Shown in pieces: positions 31,881-40,391 of a stretch of DNA of 51,743 nucleotides (position 1 is its first letter; each line of letters begins with the position of its first letter). Position numbers and translations under genes: made by a program. The stretch is from an uncultured Pelagibacteraceae bacterium (GTDB lineage Bacteria; Pseudomonadota; Alphaproteobacteria; Pelagibacterales; Pelagibacteraceae): positions 1 to 51,743 of the forward strand of contig CABYOP010000001.1 in NCBI GenBank assembly GCA_902520645.1, written 5' to 3'. The notes under the pieces were generated by a model, which saw only the letters and a list, made by a program, of their open reading frames with translations, was not told where the DNA came from and did not search any database.

Positions 31881-32570
31881 ATGCTTATAATGAAAAAGAT
31901 TACAATCAGCATCATATTTATTTTAATTTCTTTTGGCTCATATGCTCATATTGGTCATTACAGTAACTATAAAAAAATTGAGATGGAAATTTTGAGAAAT
32001 AATGAATTGATTGGATATAATTATTATTTTTTTTCAAAAAAAAACAACATTACTCTAGTGACCAACCAATTCAAATTTGAGGTTAAACTTTTGGGAGCAA
32101 CAGTTTTTGAAGTAGAGGGTATTGGAGAAGAAAAATATTTGAAAGACCAATTGATTTCTTTTAACTCAAAAACTCAACAGAATAAAAAAGAAAAGTTTGT
32201 AAACTTAACTTTAAACAAAGAAACAAAAAAATTTGATATTATGGGCTCTTCTTTCTCTGGTGAAGCTCCCCTTGAAAATGTTATTGGTAACTGGTGGAGT
32301 CATAAAATATTGCAAGCTAGTAGCCAAATAAGCCCAATATCAGGTAGTATAAAAGAACAGATAGTTACTTTTGTTGGAAAAGAAAAAATTATAATTAATG
32401 GTGAAGAATATGAGACTGATCATTTCAAATTAACCTCTAAAGATATGGCACTTCCAGATGATAAAAGATTAAACTTTGATATTTGGTTGGATAAAAAAAC
32501 TTCTTTAATAGTAAAAGTTACTTATCAAAGAATGGGAAATTGGGAATATAGATTAAAAAATTATGAGTAA
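31881..32570 (+). CDS. Exported hypothetical protein (DUF6134-like)
   Basis: Signal peptide, beta-rich body with ILRNNELIG and NWW motifs; family call from memory. The start may be the ATG at 31890. Confidence 0.55.
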   Translation: MLIMKKITISIIFILISFGSYAHIGHYSNYKKIEMEILRNNELIGYNYYFFSKKNNITLVTNQFKFEVKLLGATVFEVEGIGEEKYLKDQLISFNSKTQQNKKEKFVNLTLNKETKKFDIMGSSFSGEAPLENVIGNWWSHKILQASSQISPISGSIKEQIVTFVGKEKIIINGEEYETDHFKLTSKDMALPDDKRLNFDIWLDKKTSLIVKVTYQRMGNWEYRLKNYE

Positions 32571-32571
32571 T

Positions 32572-33543
32572 TTATCTATTTATTTTCTTATATAGATCGT
32601 TTGCACTTATCCATCCTGACTCAAATCTTGGTCCATTAAACCAATCTGCACATACACCTAAATTTAATTTAGAATTCCAATAACTTTTTAATTTTAAAGG
32701 GTTTGAATTTGAAGAATACATCCATCCATGATTTAACGAAAAAAGTATTTTTGTTCGCTTTATTCCTGATAATTGAAAAAATTTATTGATCAAAATTTTG
32801 GAATTAATTTTTTTATTTACTTTATTTTGTTTTATTTTTTTATTTGCCCAATTAAAAGTACTTTGTAACGTCCAAAGATCAGTTTTACTCTTAAATCTTT
32901 TCTTGCTATTTTCATAACCAGCCCAACCTAAAATTTTATCATTAAATAAAAAACTACTTAAATTTAAATTAGTTTTTTTTATTTCTATTAAAACAGTGAT
33001 ATTAGCATCCATCTTAATTTTTTCTCTGATGAAAGAATTTTGAATATATTTTTTAGATAATTTTTTTAATTGAGGAAATGGACATGTTAAAATTAAATTT
33101 TCATAAGTCTTAATCATTCCATTGCTAAATGTTAAATTCCATTTTTTATTTGAAAAACTTATTTTTTTAAGCTCGCTCTGAAAATTACAGTTAATATCCT
33201 TTAATAGATATTTGCTAATATCGCTATTTCCTTTTGTGCCAATAATCTTGATGTGCTTTTTGTTTTCTTTTTTTTTGTTACTTAAAAATTTGTGATTTCC
33301 AACCCAAAGTTTTAGTATTTTTTTCTCTATAAGCATTTTAGTAAACTTCTTAAACTCCAAACTTTTAGGAGAAAAATATTGAGCCCCATGGTCAAATCCT
33401 CTCTTTTCATCTAATCTTTTGAATGAAGATCTGCCACCAAGTCCTCTTGCCTTATCATACAAATCTACAGAGTGTTTTTTGCTTAGAAGATTAGCGATAG
33501 TCGCTCCAGAAATTCCTGAGCCAATAACACAAAATTTTCTCAT
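32572..33543 (-). CDS. Renalase-like NAD(P)/FAD-dependent oxidoreductase
   Basis: GSGISG Rossmann motif, DKARGLGGR, FDHGAQYF, CADWF...ESGWIS. Confidence 0.88.
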   Translation of the reverse strand: MRKFCVIGSGISGATIANLLSKKHSVDLYDKARGLGGRSSFKRLDEKRGFDHGAQYFSPKSLEFKKFTKMLIEKKILKLWVGNHKFLSNKKKENKKHIKIIGTKGNSDISKYLLKDINCNFQSELKKISFSNKKWNLTFSNGMIKTYENLILTCPFPQLKKLSKKYIQNSFIREKIKMDANITVLIEIKKTNLNLSSFLFNDKILGWAGYENSKKRFKSKTDLWTLQSTFNWANKKIKQNKVNKKINSKILINKFFQLSGIKRTKILFSLNHGWMYSSNSNPLKLKSYWNSKLNLGVCADWFNGPRFESGWISANDLYKKINR

Positions 33544-34856
33544 TTACCAGCAACTGTCATGCCTTCAATCATCATGGTTGGTGAGTTCGTAGAATATTCA
33601 AAATCTAAATCATTTGCTAAAAATATATTTTTAAACATATCCTTAAAATTTCCTGCAATTGTTATTTCACTAACAGGATATTTAAATTCACCATCTTCAA
33701 CCAAAAAACCTGTTGCACCTACTGAGTAGTCTCCCGTTACTAAATTACTTCCATGACCTATAGTTTCAGTAACATAAATACTTTTTGAATTACTCTTTAA
33801 CAATTTCTCAAAATTTACTTTTCCATTTTCTAAGTATAAATTTGTAGTTCCTCCTGCTCTTCCATTAGATTTTAAGTTTAATTTTTTGCCATTGTAAGTG
33901 TCTATAAGATAATTTTTTAATATGCCCTGTTCCACCAGATTTAAGGTTTCAGATTTTACTCCCTCTGCATCAAAATTTCGGGACCCTAAACCTTTGATAA
34001 TATCCGGCTTATCAACAATATTTATTCCGTCAGAAAATACCTGTTTATTTATTTTGTCCTTAAGGAATGATGTTCCTCTTGCAATGGCTGAAGATGATAT
34101 AGCACCTGCAAAAGCATTTAAAATATTTTTAGCAATTCTTTTATCAAAAATTATACTTAATTTTTCGCTTCCTATTTTATCTGGACCAAGTTTTCTTATT
34201 GTTTGATGACTTGCTAATTTACCAAGAACTTTTGGATCTTTTATTTCACTAAAAAATCTTTTACTGGAATATTCATAGTCTCTCTCCATACTTTTCTCAT
34301 CTTTAGCGACTGTTACACATGAAGCTGAAAATGATGATTTTTTAAAACTCCCACAAAAGCCATCACTATTTGCTAAAAGATAATTTGATTTATTTTCAGT
34401 AAAACTAGACTCTGTATTAATTATTTTTTTATCTTCAGACGCTGTATCTTCTAGCTCTTTTAAATAATTAATTTTTTTTTCATTTTTTACGTGAGTTTCA
34501 TCAAATAAATTTAAATTTTTTATGTCTTTTGCTAATAGATTTTTATCTGGCAACGAATTAAATTCATCCTCTGGTGTATTTTTTGTAGTTTCAAAACATT
34601 TTTCAATAAGATTTTTTAAATTATCATCTAATAAATTTGAGGAAGAAATTGAAGATTTTTTTTTACCTATGTAAGTATCAATACTAAATGCTAAATCATC
34701 AGATCTATTAGACTCATCTAATTTTTTGTTTCTAAAGTTAACAGTTTCTGAGACTCCATGTCCTATCGTTACACTAGCATCAGTTGCTCCAAGTTTTTTT
34801 GCTATATCTAAACAAAAAGAAGCTTTAGCATCTAAAAACTTGTGATCTTTAATCAT
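33540..34856 (-). CDS. pmbA: PmbA/TldE metalloprotease partner subunit
   Basis: MERDYEY, GTSFL, FDAEGV, TGDYSVGATG, PVSEITIAGN; directly downstream of tldD. Confidence 0.93.
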   Translation of the reverse strand: MIKDHKFLDAKASFCLDIAKKLGATDASVTIGHGVSETVNFRNKKLDESNRSDDLAFSIDTYIGKKKSSISSSNLLDDNLKNLIEKCFETTKNTPEDEFNSLPDKNLLAKDIKNLNLFDETHVKNEKKINYLKELEDTASEDKKIINTESSFTENKSNYLLANSDGFCGSFKKSSFSASCVTVAKDEKSMERDYEYSSKRFFSEIKDPKVLGKLASHQTIRKLGPDKIGSEKLSIIFDKRIAKNILNAFAGAISSSAIARGTSFLKDKINKQVFSDGINIVDKPDIIKGLGSRNFDAEGVKSETLNLVEQGILKNYLIDTYNGKKLNLKSNGRAGGTTNLYLENGKVNFEKLLKSNSKSIYVTETIGHGSNLVTGDYSVGATGFLVEDGEFKYPVSEITIAGNFKDMFKNIFLANDLDFEYSTNSPTMMIEGMTVAGK

Positions 34857-34859
34857 TAC

Positions 34860-36278
34860 TTAAAGCTTTGTTCCACCAACTGTCATCTTATCAATTAGTA
34901 TGGATGGCTGCGCTACACCGACTGGAACTCCTTGACCTGCTTTTCCACAAGTTCCAATACCTGGATCCATTTTCATGTCATTACCAACCATTGAAACTTC
35001 TTTTAAAATTGATGGTCCATCTCCTATTAAGGTTGCACCTTTTATTGGTGAGCCAATTTTTCCATTAACAATTTCATAGGCCTCTGTACAATTAAAAACA
35101 AATTTTCCTGAGGTAATATCTACTTGTCCGCCCCCAAAGCTCACAGCAAAAATACCTTTGTCAACAGATTTGATCATCTCATCTTGGGTTTGATTGCCAC
35201 TTAACATCATAGTATTTCTCATTCTAGGTAAAACTACGTGTCGATAGTTTTCTCTTCTTCCTGAACCAGTTGATCTAGTATTCATTAAACGTGCATTTAA
35301 TCTGTCTTGCATAAAGTTTTTTAAAATTCCATTTTCTATTAAAACCGTTCTTTCAGTTGGTGTACCTTCGTCATCTATAGTAAGACTACCTCTTCTATTA
35401 TCTATCGTGCCATCATCGACAATTGTGACCCCTTCACTTGCAACTTTTTGCCCCATAAGGTTATGAAATGCTGAAGTTTTTTTTCTATTAAAATCACCCT
35501 CTAAACCATGTCCTATAGCTTCATGAATAAGTATTGCTGGCCAACCTGGTCCTAAGACTACTTTCATTTCACCAGCTGGTGCAGGTTTACTTTCTAAATT
35601 TACTGAAGCAATTCTAAAAGCCTCTTCACACACACTTTTCCAATTATCATTTTTTAGATAATCATCATAAGACTGTCTGCCTCCAATACCATACACACCT
35701 GTTTCTTTTCTGCCATTTTTTTCAAGCATTACGGAAACATTAAATCTAATTAATGGTCTAATGTCTGTAATTGCCTCACCACCTGATCTGATTATTTCAA
35801 TTGATTTATGTTCACCTAAAAAATTTGCTGTAACCTGTTTTACAGCTCGATCTTTTTTTCTTAAATAATCGTTAACTTTATTTAAAACTTCCAGCTTTGA
35901 ATTTAAAGTTTTTTGTTCTATGGGATTTATATCATTATAAAATTTTTTATTAGATTTTGGTATCTCGCTCTTATAAGTACCTTTAATTGATTTAAGTGTT
36001 GACTGAAGATTTTCTGCTGAATTTTTCAAAGATTCCTTTGATATTTCATTTGAGTAGGAGTAAGCAACTACTTCCTCTGAGACAGCCCTAAATCCAAAAC
36101 CTAAGTCTGAACTATAATTTGAGCTCTTAATTTTATTGTCATCTAAGACTATCGACTCTGACTTTGAGTCCTCTAAATACAACTCTCCATCGTCACAATT
36201 TTTTAAAGTATCTGAGACTATATTTTCAGCATCTTTTCTTACTAAATCGGATTTATCGAAGAAATTACTCATAAGCAT
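34860..36278 (-). CDS. tldD: TldD metalloprotease
   Basis: HEAIGHGLEGDFNRK (HExxxH), IDDEG, PRMRNT, GGQVDITSGKF, CGKAGQGVPVG. The start may be at 36272. Confidence 0.97.
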   Translation of the reverse strand: MLMSNFFDKSDLVRKDAENIVSDTLKNCDDGELYLEDSKSESIVLDDNKIKSSNYSSDLGFGFRAVSEEVVAYSYSNEISKESLKNSAENLQSTLKSIKGTYKSEIPKSNKKFYNDINPIEQKTLNSKLEVLNKVNDYLRKKDRAVKQVTANFLGEHKSIEIIRSGGEAITDIRPLIRFNVSVMLEKNGRKETGVYGIGGRQSYDDYLKNDNWKSVCEEAFRIASVNLESKPAPAGEMKVVLGPGWPAILIHEAIGHGLEGDFNRKKTSAFHNLMGQKVASEGVTIVDDGTIDNRRGSLTIDDEGTPTERTVLIENGILKNFMQDRLNARLMNTRSTGSGRRENYRHVVLPRMRNTMMLSGNQTQDEMIKSVDKGIFAVSFGGGQVDITSGKFVFNCTEAYEIVNGKIGSPIKGATLIGDGPSILKEVSMVGNDMKMDPGIGTCGKAGQGVPVGVAQPSILIDKMTVGGTKL

Positions 36279-36357
36279 TACATAAAGGTTTAAATTTTCT
36301 TTTCAACTGCTCTTTTTACACATGTACAATAATCTGCTAAAAGATAATCATTAAATT

Positions 36358-36705
36358 ATGAAAGTATATTTCAACAATTCCTGTAAAATTTGTAGATCTG
36401 AAATCAATTTATATAAAAAAGAAAAAATAGAAGAGATAGATTGGATTGATATTACTAATAATGAACTAGCAGAAAAAGAGACTGATAAAGATGACAAGCA
36501 GCTCTTAAGACGATTACATGTAAAAGATAATGATAAAGTTTTAGAAGGAGCTGAAGCTTTTTTATATGTTTGGCAGAAAATACCTAAATATAGATTTTTA
36601 TATAAATTTTTTAAACTTCCAATAATTTTTACAATTTTTAATTATGGATATGAAATTGTTGCTTATTTTCTATATCTCAAAAATAAAAAACAACTAAAAA
36701 ATTAA
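36358..36705 (+). CDS. DCC1-like/DUF393 thiol-disulfide oxidoreductase family protein
   Basis: YFNNSCKIC (DxxCxxC-like), RRLHV, GAEAFxxVW. Confidence 0.82.
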   Translation: MKVYFNNSCKICRSEINLYKKEKIEEIDWIDITNNELAEKETDKDDKQLLRRLHVKDNDKVLEGAEAFLYVWQKIPKYRFLYKFFKLPIIFTIFNYGYEIVAYFLYLKNKKQLKN

Positions 36706-36995
36706 GCTAAAAAAAATATCATAATTTCACTTAACAAAGACATTGAAAGCATAAACATTATTAAAACAATTGAGTACATCAATGTTATAATTTTATTTCT
36801 TTTTCTTCTCAATTTAACGAACTCTTTATCATCTAAATCTGAAAAGTCTCTCACACCAATTACGGGATAATCATAACTCCATCTCCAAGTTGATTGGCCT
36901 AATCTTGGATCCAAACTGTTAAAATATCTTATCCAGGATAGAACATAGGTTAAGATTATGAATAGAGCTGCAAATAAAATTAATCCAAAAAGCAT
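36702..36995 (-). CDS. Small two-TM membrane protein, UspB-like
   Basis: TM-loop-TM; IRYFNSL and DDKEFVKLRRKRNK segments resemble E. coli UspB as recalled, judged by eye. Confidence 0.55.
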   Translation of the reverse strand: MLFGLILFAALFIILTYVLSWIRYFNSLDPRLGQSTWRWSYDYPVIGVRDFSDLDDKEFVKLRRKRNKIITLMYSIVLIMFMLSMSLLSEIMIFFLA

Positions 36996-37025
36996 TATTG
37001 ATAGTACTGAATATATTTAGAGATA

Positions 37026-38237
37026 TTAATTGCCATTTTTGCCTCTTTTTCTCCCAATAAGCTGAGTTAAAGAGTCTACCATAGTGTCTGAAGCCTTAAA
37101 AATTTCATTATTTTTGAATTCATGAGAGATATTTTTTTCAGGATTTGTTTTGTCTTCAATCACTATACCTTCGTCTGGTGAATTATTTTTAATGTATATC
37201 AATAATAACCATTCATCATCAGCTGCTTCATCCCATTTAACAAAAATCTCACCTGTCTCAAATCTTCTATCGATACATCTGAAAATCGACATATGTCTTG
37301 TTACATGTCTTTTGTTTAATTGGAAAACTAAACTACTTGCACTTCTGTAAAAACTTTCTAAAGAAAATTCTATTTTTTGTCTAGCTATTGTGTATTCTTT
37401 TTCTTTTTTAAGAAGCGTTTCTCTGTCTTCATCTCCTTGAATTTTTACTCCTAGAGCCTCCACCCTTTCCTTAATTTTTTGGTCTCTTATTACACGATAT
37501 TTCTCTTTTAATTTTTCTATTCTTTGTTGAAGACCTGCATAATCCTCCCTTTTCTCTTTTAGCGAAATTTTTTCAAGTTTTTCTAATTCTTTAACTTCTC
37601 TAACTCTAAATTTTTCAATTTGTTTATCTAATCTTAATTTTTGTAAAAATTGTTTTTGTTTCTCAGCCTGTTCAATTCTTAATAATGCTTGCTCTTTTCG
37701 TAAGAATAATTTTATGTCTTTTGTTCTTTGTTTTTCAATTTTGATTTCTTCTTTTAATGTCTGTTCTTTTAATTTAAATTTTAAATCTTCTTGTTTTTGT
37801 TTTTCCTCTGCTCTCTTGATTTTTTCTAGTCTTTCGTTTTCTTGTTTTTCTACTTTTATTCTTCTGGCTTCATCTTTTTTAATTACTCTGTACTGATCGA
37901 TAGTATTAGCAATTTTATCAAAAAAACTTTGAATATATTTTTCAAAATTTAAATTTAATTTTATTTTAAATTCAGGCTTAAGTGAATTTTGAAAATTAAT
38001 TAGTTTTAAAATAAAACTATCTTCTTTTTTTACTTTGATAGGGATAAATTTTTTAACTTTTTTGTAACTCTTAACTTTATCTTTTTTTAATTTATTTTTT
38101 ATTTTAGAATTATTTTTTTTTATTTTTTTTCTTAGTATTTTAGTTTTCCTAATATTTTTATTTTTAACCTTTTTTTTAATTTTTTTTGATTTTTTTGATT
38201 TTTTTGATTTTTTTGATTTTTTTGATTTTTTTTTCAT
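37026..38237 (-). CDS. Hypothetical protein: Lys-rich N-terminus, long charged coiled coil, globular C-terminal domain
   Basis: About 400-codon ORF filling the gap below cfa. Probable ATG at 38237 (the track uses a non-ATG start at 38261). No family recognised. Confidence 0.75.
   Translation of the reverse strand: MKKKSKKSKKSKKSKKSKKIKKKVKNKNIRKTKILRKKIKKNNSKIKNKLKKDKVKSYKKVKKFIPIKVKKEDSFILKLINFQNSLKPEFKIKLNLNFEKYIQSFFDKIANTIDQYRVIKKDEARRIKVEKQENERLEKIKRAEEKQKQEDLKFKLKEQTLKEEIKIEKQRTKDIKLFLRKEQALLRIEQAEKQKQFLQKLRLDKQIEKFRVREVKELEKLEKISLKEKREDYAGLQQRIEKLKEKYRVIRDQKIKERVEALGVKIQGDEDRETLLKKEKEYTIARQKIEFSLESFYRSASSLVFQLNKRHVTRHMSIFRCIDRRFETGEIFVKWDEAADDEWLLLIYIKNNSPDEGIVIEDKTNPEKNISHEFKNNEIFKASDTMVDSLTQLIGRKRGKNGN
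38182..38226. repeat. Perfect 9-bp tandem repeat (TTTTTTGAT) x5 encoding (SKK)n on the minus strand
   Basis: GAT trinucleotides at 38188, 38197, 38206, 38215 and 38224, each preceded by six T. Confidence 0.92.
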
Positions 38238-38265
38238 TTCAAGAAGATTTATATCTATCAATAAT

Positions 38266-39456
38266 TTATTGATAAATATAGTCTCTTGTAACTGGAGTAG
38301 ATCTGTAATTTTTTGTCAGTTGAAATTGATAAACGACTTGATCACCCCATTTAAATGCCATCTCACAACCTGCAAGATAGAATTCCCACATCCTAAAAAA
38401 TCTTTCATCAAACATTTGAATTATTTTATCCTTATTTTTAAGACAGTTTTCTTTCCAATGTCTCAGGGTATGAGAGTAATGAAGTCTTAAAACTTCAATA
38501 TCCGCAACAATCAATCCAGCTTTTTCAATTGGTGTAGTAACTTCACTTAAGCTTGGCGTATATCCTCCTGGAAAAATATATTTTGTAATCCATGGATGTG
38601 GATCCCGGGGTGGATTTACTGATCCAATTGTATGAATTAGCGAAACCCCGTCATCTTTAAGCATTTTTTCAACCTGAGTGAAAAATTTACGATAAAATTT
38701 TCTTCCAACATGTTCAAACATTCCAACACTAACTATTCTATCAAATTTTTCATTAAGCTCTCTGTAATCCATTAGCTTGAAGTTTAGTTGATTTTCAAGA
38801 TTCAGCTCTTTTGCTTTATTTTTACAATAATTAAATTGATTTTCAGATAATGTTATTCCAGTCACTTCACAATTAGCACTTTTGGCTATGTCAATTGCTA
38901 GTGATCCCCATCCGCAACCAATATCTAAAACTTTTTGATTTGGCTTAATGTTCAACTTTTTGATAATGTGTTGTATTTTGTTATTTTGAGCATCCTCCAA
39001 TGTGTCATCCTCATTTTTAAAATAAGCACAAGAGTATTGTCTTTTTGGATCTAAAAATAAATCATATAAATCGTCTGAAATATCGTAGTGGTGAGAAACA
39101 TTCATTTTAGATTTTTTTATAAAATTAAAATTTGTTAAATATCTGTAAGATCCTCTTAATCTATTTATTAAATAACTAAAAAAATTAAGATCTCCTCTTC
39201 CAAAGTTCATAAGCGCAAGATCCAAAAAATCTGTAAGTGTACCATTTTCTATTACAACTTCACCATCTGTATATGCTTCACCGAAATAAAGATCAGGATG
39301 AAATAATAATTTGTAATGAAGATTTTTGTTTAATATTTTTAATTTAATAGGATTCTCTTTTTTTGGATTTCCAATAATGTAACTTTTTGAATTAGCATCA
39401 ACTAATATAAAACCATCTTTCTTAAAAACACTATTTAAAAATCTTGCAAGTTGCAT
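38266..39456 (-). CDS. cfa: Cyclopropane-fatty-acyl-phospholipid synthase family SAM methyltransferase
   Basis: HHYDISDDLY, QYSCAYF, LDIGCGWG, GITLSENQ, SVGMFEHVG, YIFPGG, RMWEFYL. Confidence 0.9.
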   Translation of the reverse strand: MQLARFLNSVFKKDGFILVDANSKSYIIGNPKKENPIKLKILNKNLHYKLLFHPDLYFGEAYTDGEVVIENGTLTDFLDLALMNFGRGDLNFFSYLINRLRGSYRYLTNFNFIKKSKMNVSHHYDISDDLYDLFLDPKRQYSCAYFKNEDDTLEDAQNNKIQHIIKKLNIKPNQKVLDIGCGWGSLAIDIAKSANCEVTGITLSENQFNYCKNKAKELNLENQLNFKLMDYRELNEKFDRIVSVGMFEHVGRKFYRKFFTQVEKMLKDDGVSLIHTIGSVNPPRDPHPWITKYIFPGGYTPSLSEVTTPIEKAGLIVADIEVLRLHYSHTLRHWKENCLKNKDKIIQMFDERFFRMWEFYLAGCEMAFKWGDQVVYQFQLTKNYRSTPVTRDYIYQ

Positions 39457-39457
39457 A

Positions 39458-40342
39458 TTAAGCTGCCAGAGATGATTCGGTTGAAAAATTTAACCTTTCC
39501 AAATTAGTATTTAATTCTTCTGCCTCACCAGAATTTAAAATACTTAAAGGAGGTAATAGATTTTTGTAAGATGAATTATTTTTTCCAAAATATGTGTGAA
39601 GTCCTGATATTAGATTATATTTTTCAAAAGCACTTCTAACATTACATAATTTTTGATTGGCTTTTTGCTCATTTCCATTTTGAAAATCATCATAAACTTT
39701 TCTTGCTAATCCTGAAGTTGCATTGCAAGTTGCCGTAATAATGCCTGAACAGCCTAGTTGAAGCCCTTTTAATAATTTGGACTCTGATCCTGGTAAAACC
39801 GAAAAATTATCTATTTTTAAATTTTCAAACAAATTATATGAACTGTCTTTCACTCCAACAATATTATTTGGATATTTTGATACAAGCTTTTCAACACACT
39901 CAATACTAAATTTATAACCACATAATTTTTCGAAATTATAAAGAATTATTTTACTATCAGGAATTGCTTCAGCTATTTTACTATAAAATTCTATAACCTC
40001 TTTATCACCATACTTGTAATAAGCTGGGGGCATTATTAAAAATTTTTTGAAATTTAAAGATTTAGCAACACTCATTAAATTTATAGTTTCTCCTAATGAA
40101 TTTAATCCAGTTCCAATAATATATTTCTCTTTATATTTGCTTTGTGCTAATTGATTTAAAAGACCTATTTTTTCTGAAACAGGAATTAACTGAGCCTGGC
40201 CGGTGCTTCCAAAAATTGCAGACCCATGACAACCATTATCTATAACCATTTCCGCATGGTTGATGGTTTTTTCAATATTTAATGTCAAATCATCATTTAA
40301 AATTGACATAGAAGCAGCATATATTCCACTAATTTTGCTCAT
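39458..40342 (-). CDS. DapA/NAL-family class I aldolase (substrate unknown)
   Basis: GSTG, PPAYYK, LYNF, Schiff-base GVKDSS. A KDSS-type paralogue rather than canonical DapA. Confidence 0.85.
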   Translation of the reverse strand: MSKISGIYAASMSILNDDLTLNIEKTINHAEMVIDNGCHGSAIFGSTGQAQLIPVSEKIGLLNQLAQSKYKEKYIIGTGLNSLGETINLMSVAKSLNFKKFLIMPPAYYKYGDKEVIEFYSKIAEAIPDSKIILYNFEKLCGYKFSIECVEKLVSKYPNNIVGVKDSSYNLFENLKIDNFSVLPGSESKLLKGLQLGCSGIITATCNATSGLARKVYDDFQNGNEQKANQKLCNVRSAFEKYNLISGLHTYFGKNNSSYKNLLPPLSILNSGEAEELNTNLERLNFSTESSLAA

Positions 40343-40391
40343 ATTGAAAATTTATATAAAAAAACTGATTAGTAAAGTTTATAAATTACTT

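Noticed and set aside
32572-36278. TldD/E plus flavoprotein as a RiPP biosynthetic cluster
   Set aside because: No YcaO, cyclodehydratase, precursor peptide or dedicated exporter is adjacent; TldD/E are widespread housekeeping peptidases.
38182-38226. Short repeat array considered as a CRISPR-like element
   Set aside because: Units are 9 bp with no spacers and no cas genes; it is a coding minisatellite.
40260-40391. Extended N-terminus of the GT9 ORF overlapping the dapA-like gene head-to-head
   Set aside because: GT9 homology begins at the GTG at 40392 (VKILAIQ...GIGD); the extension is an artefact of choosing the longest ORF.
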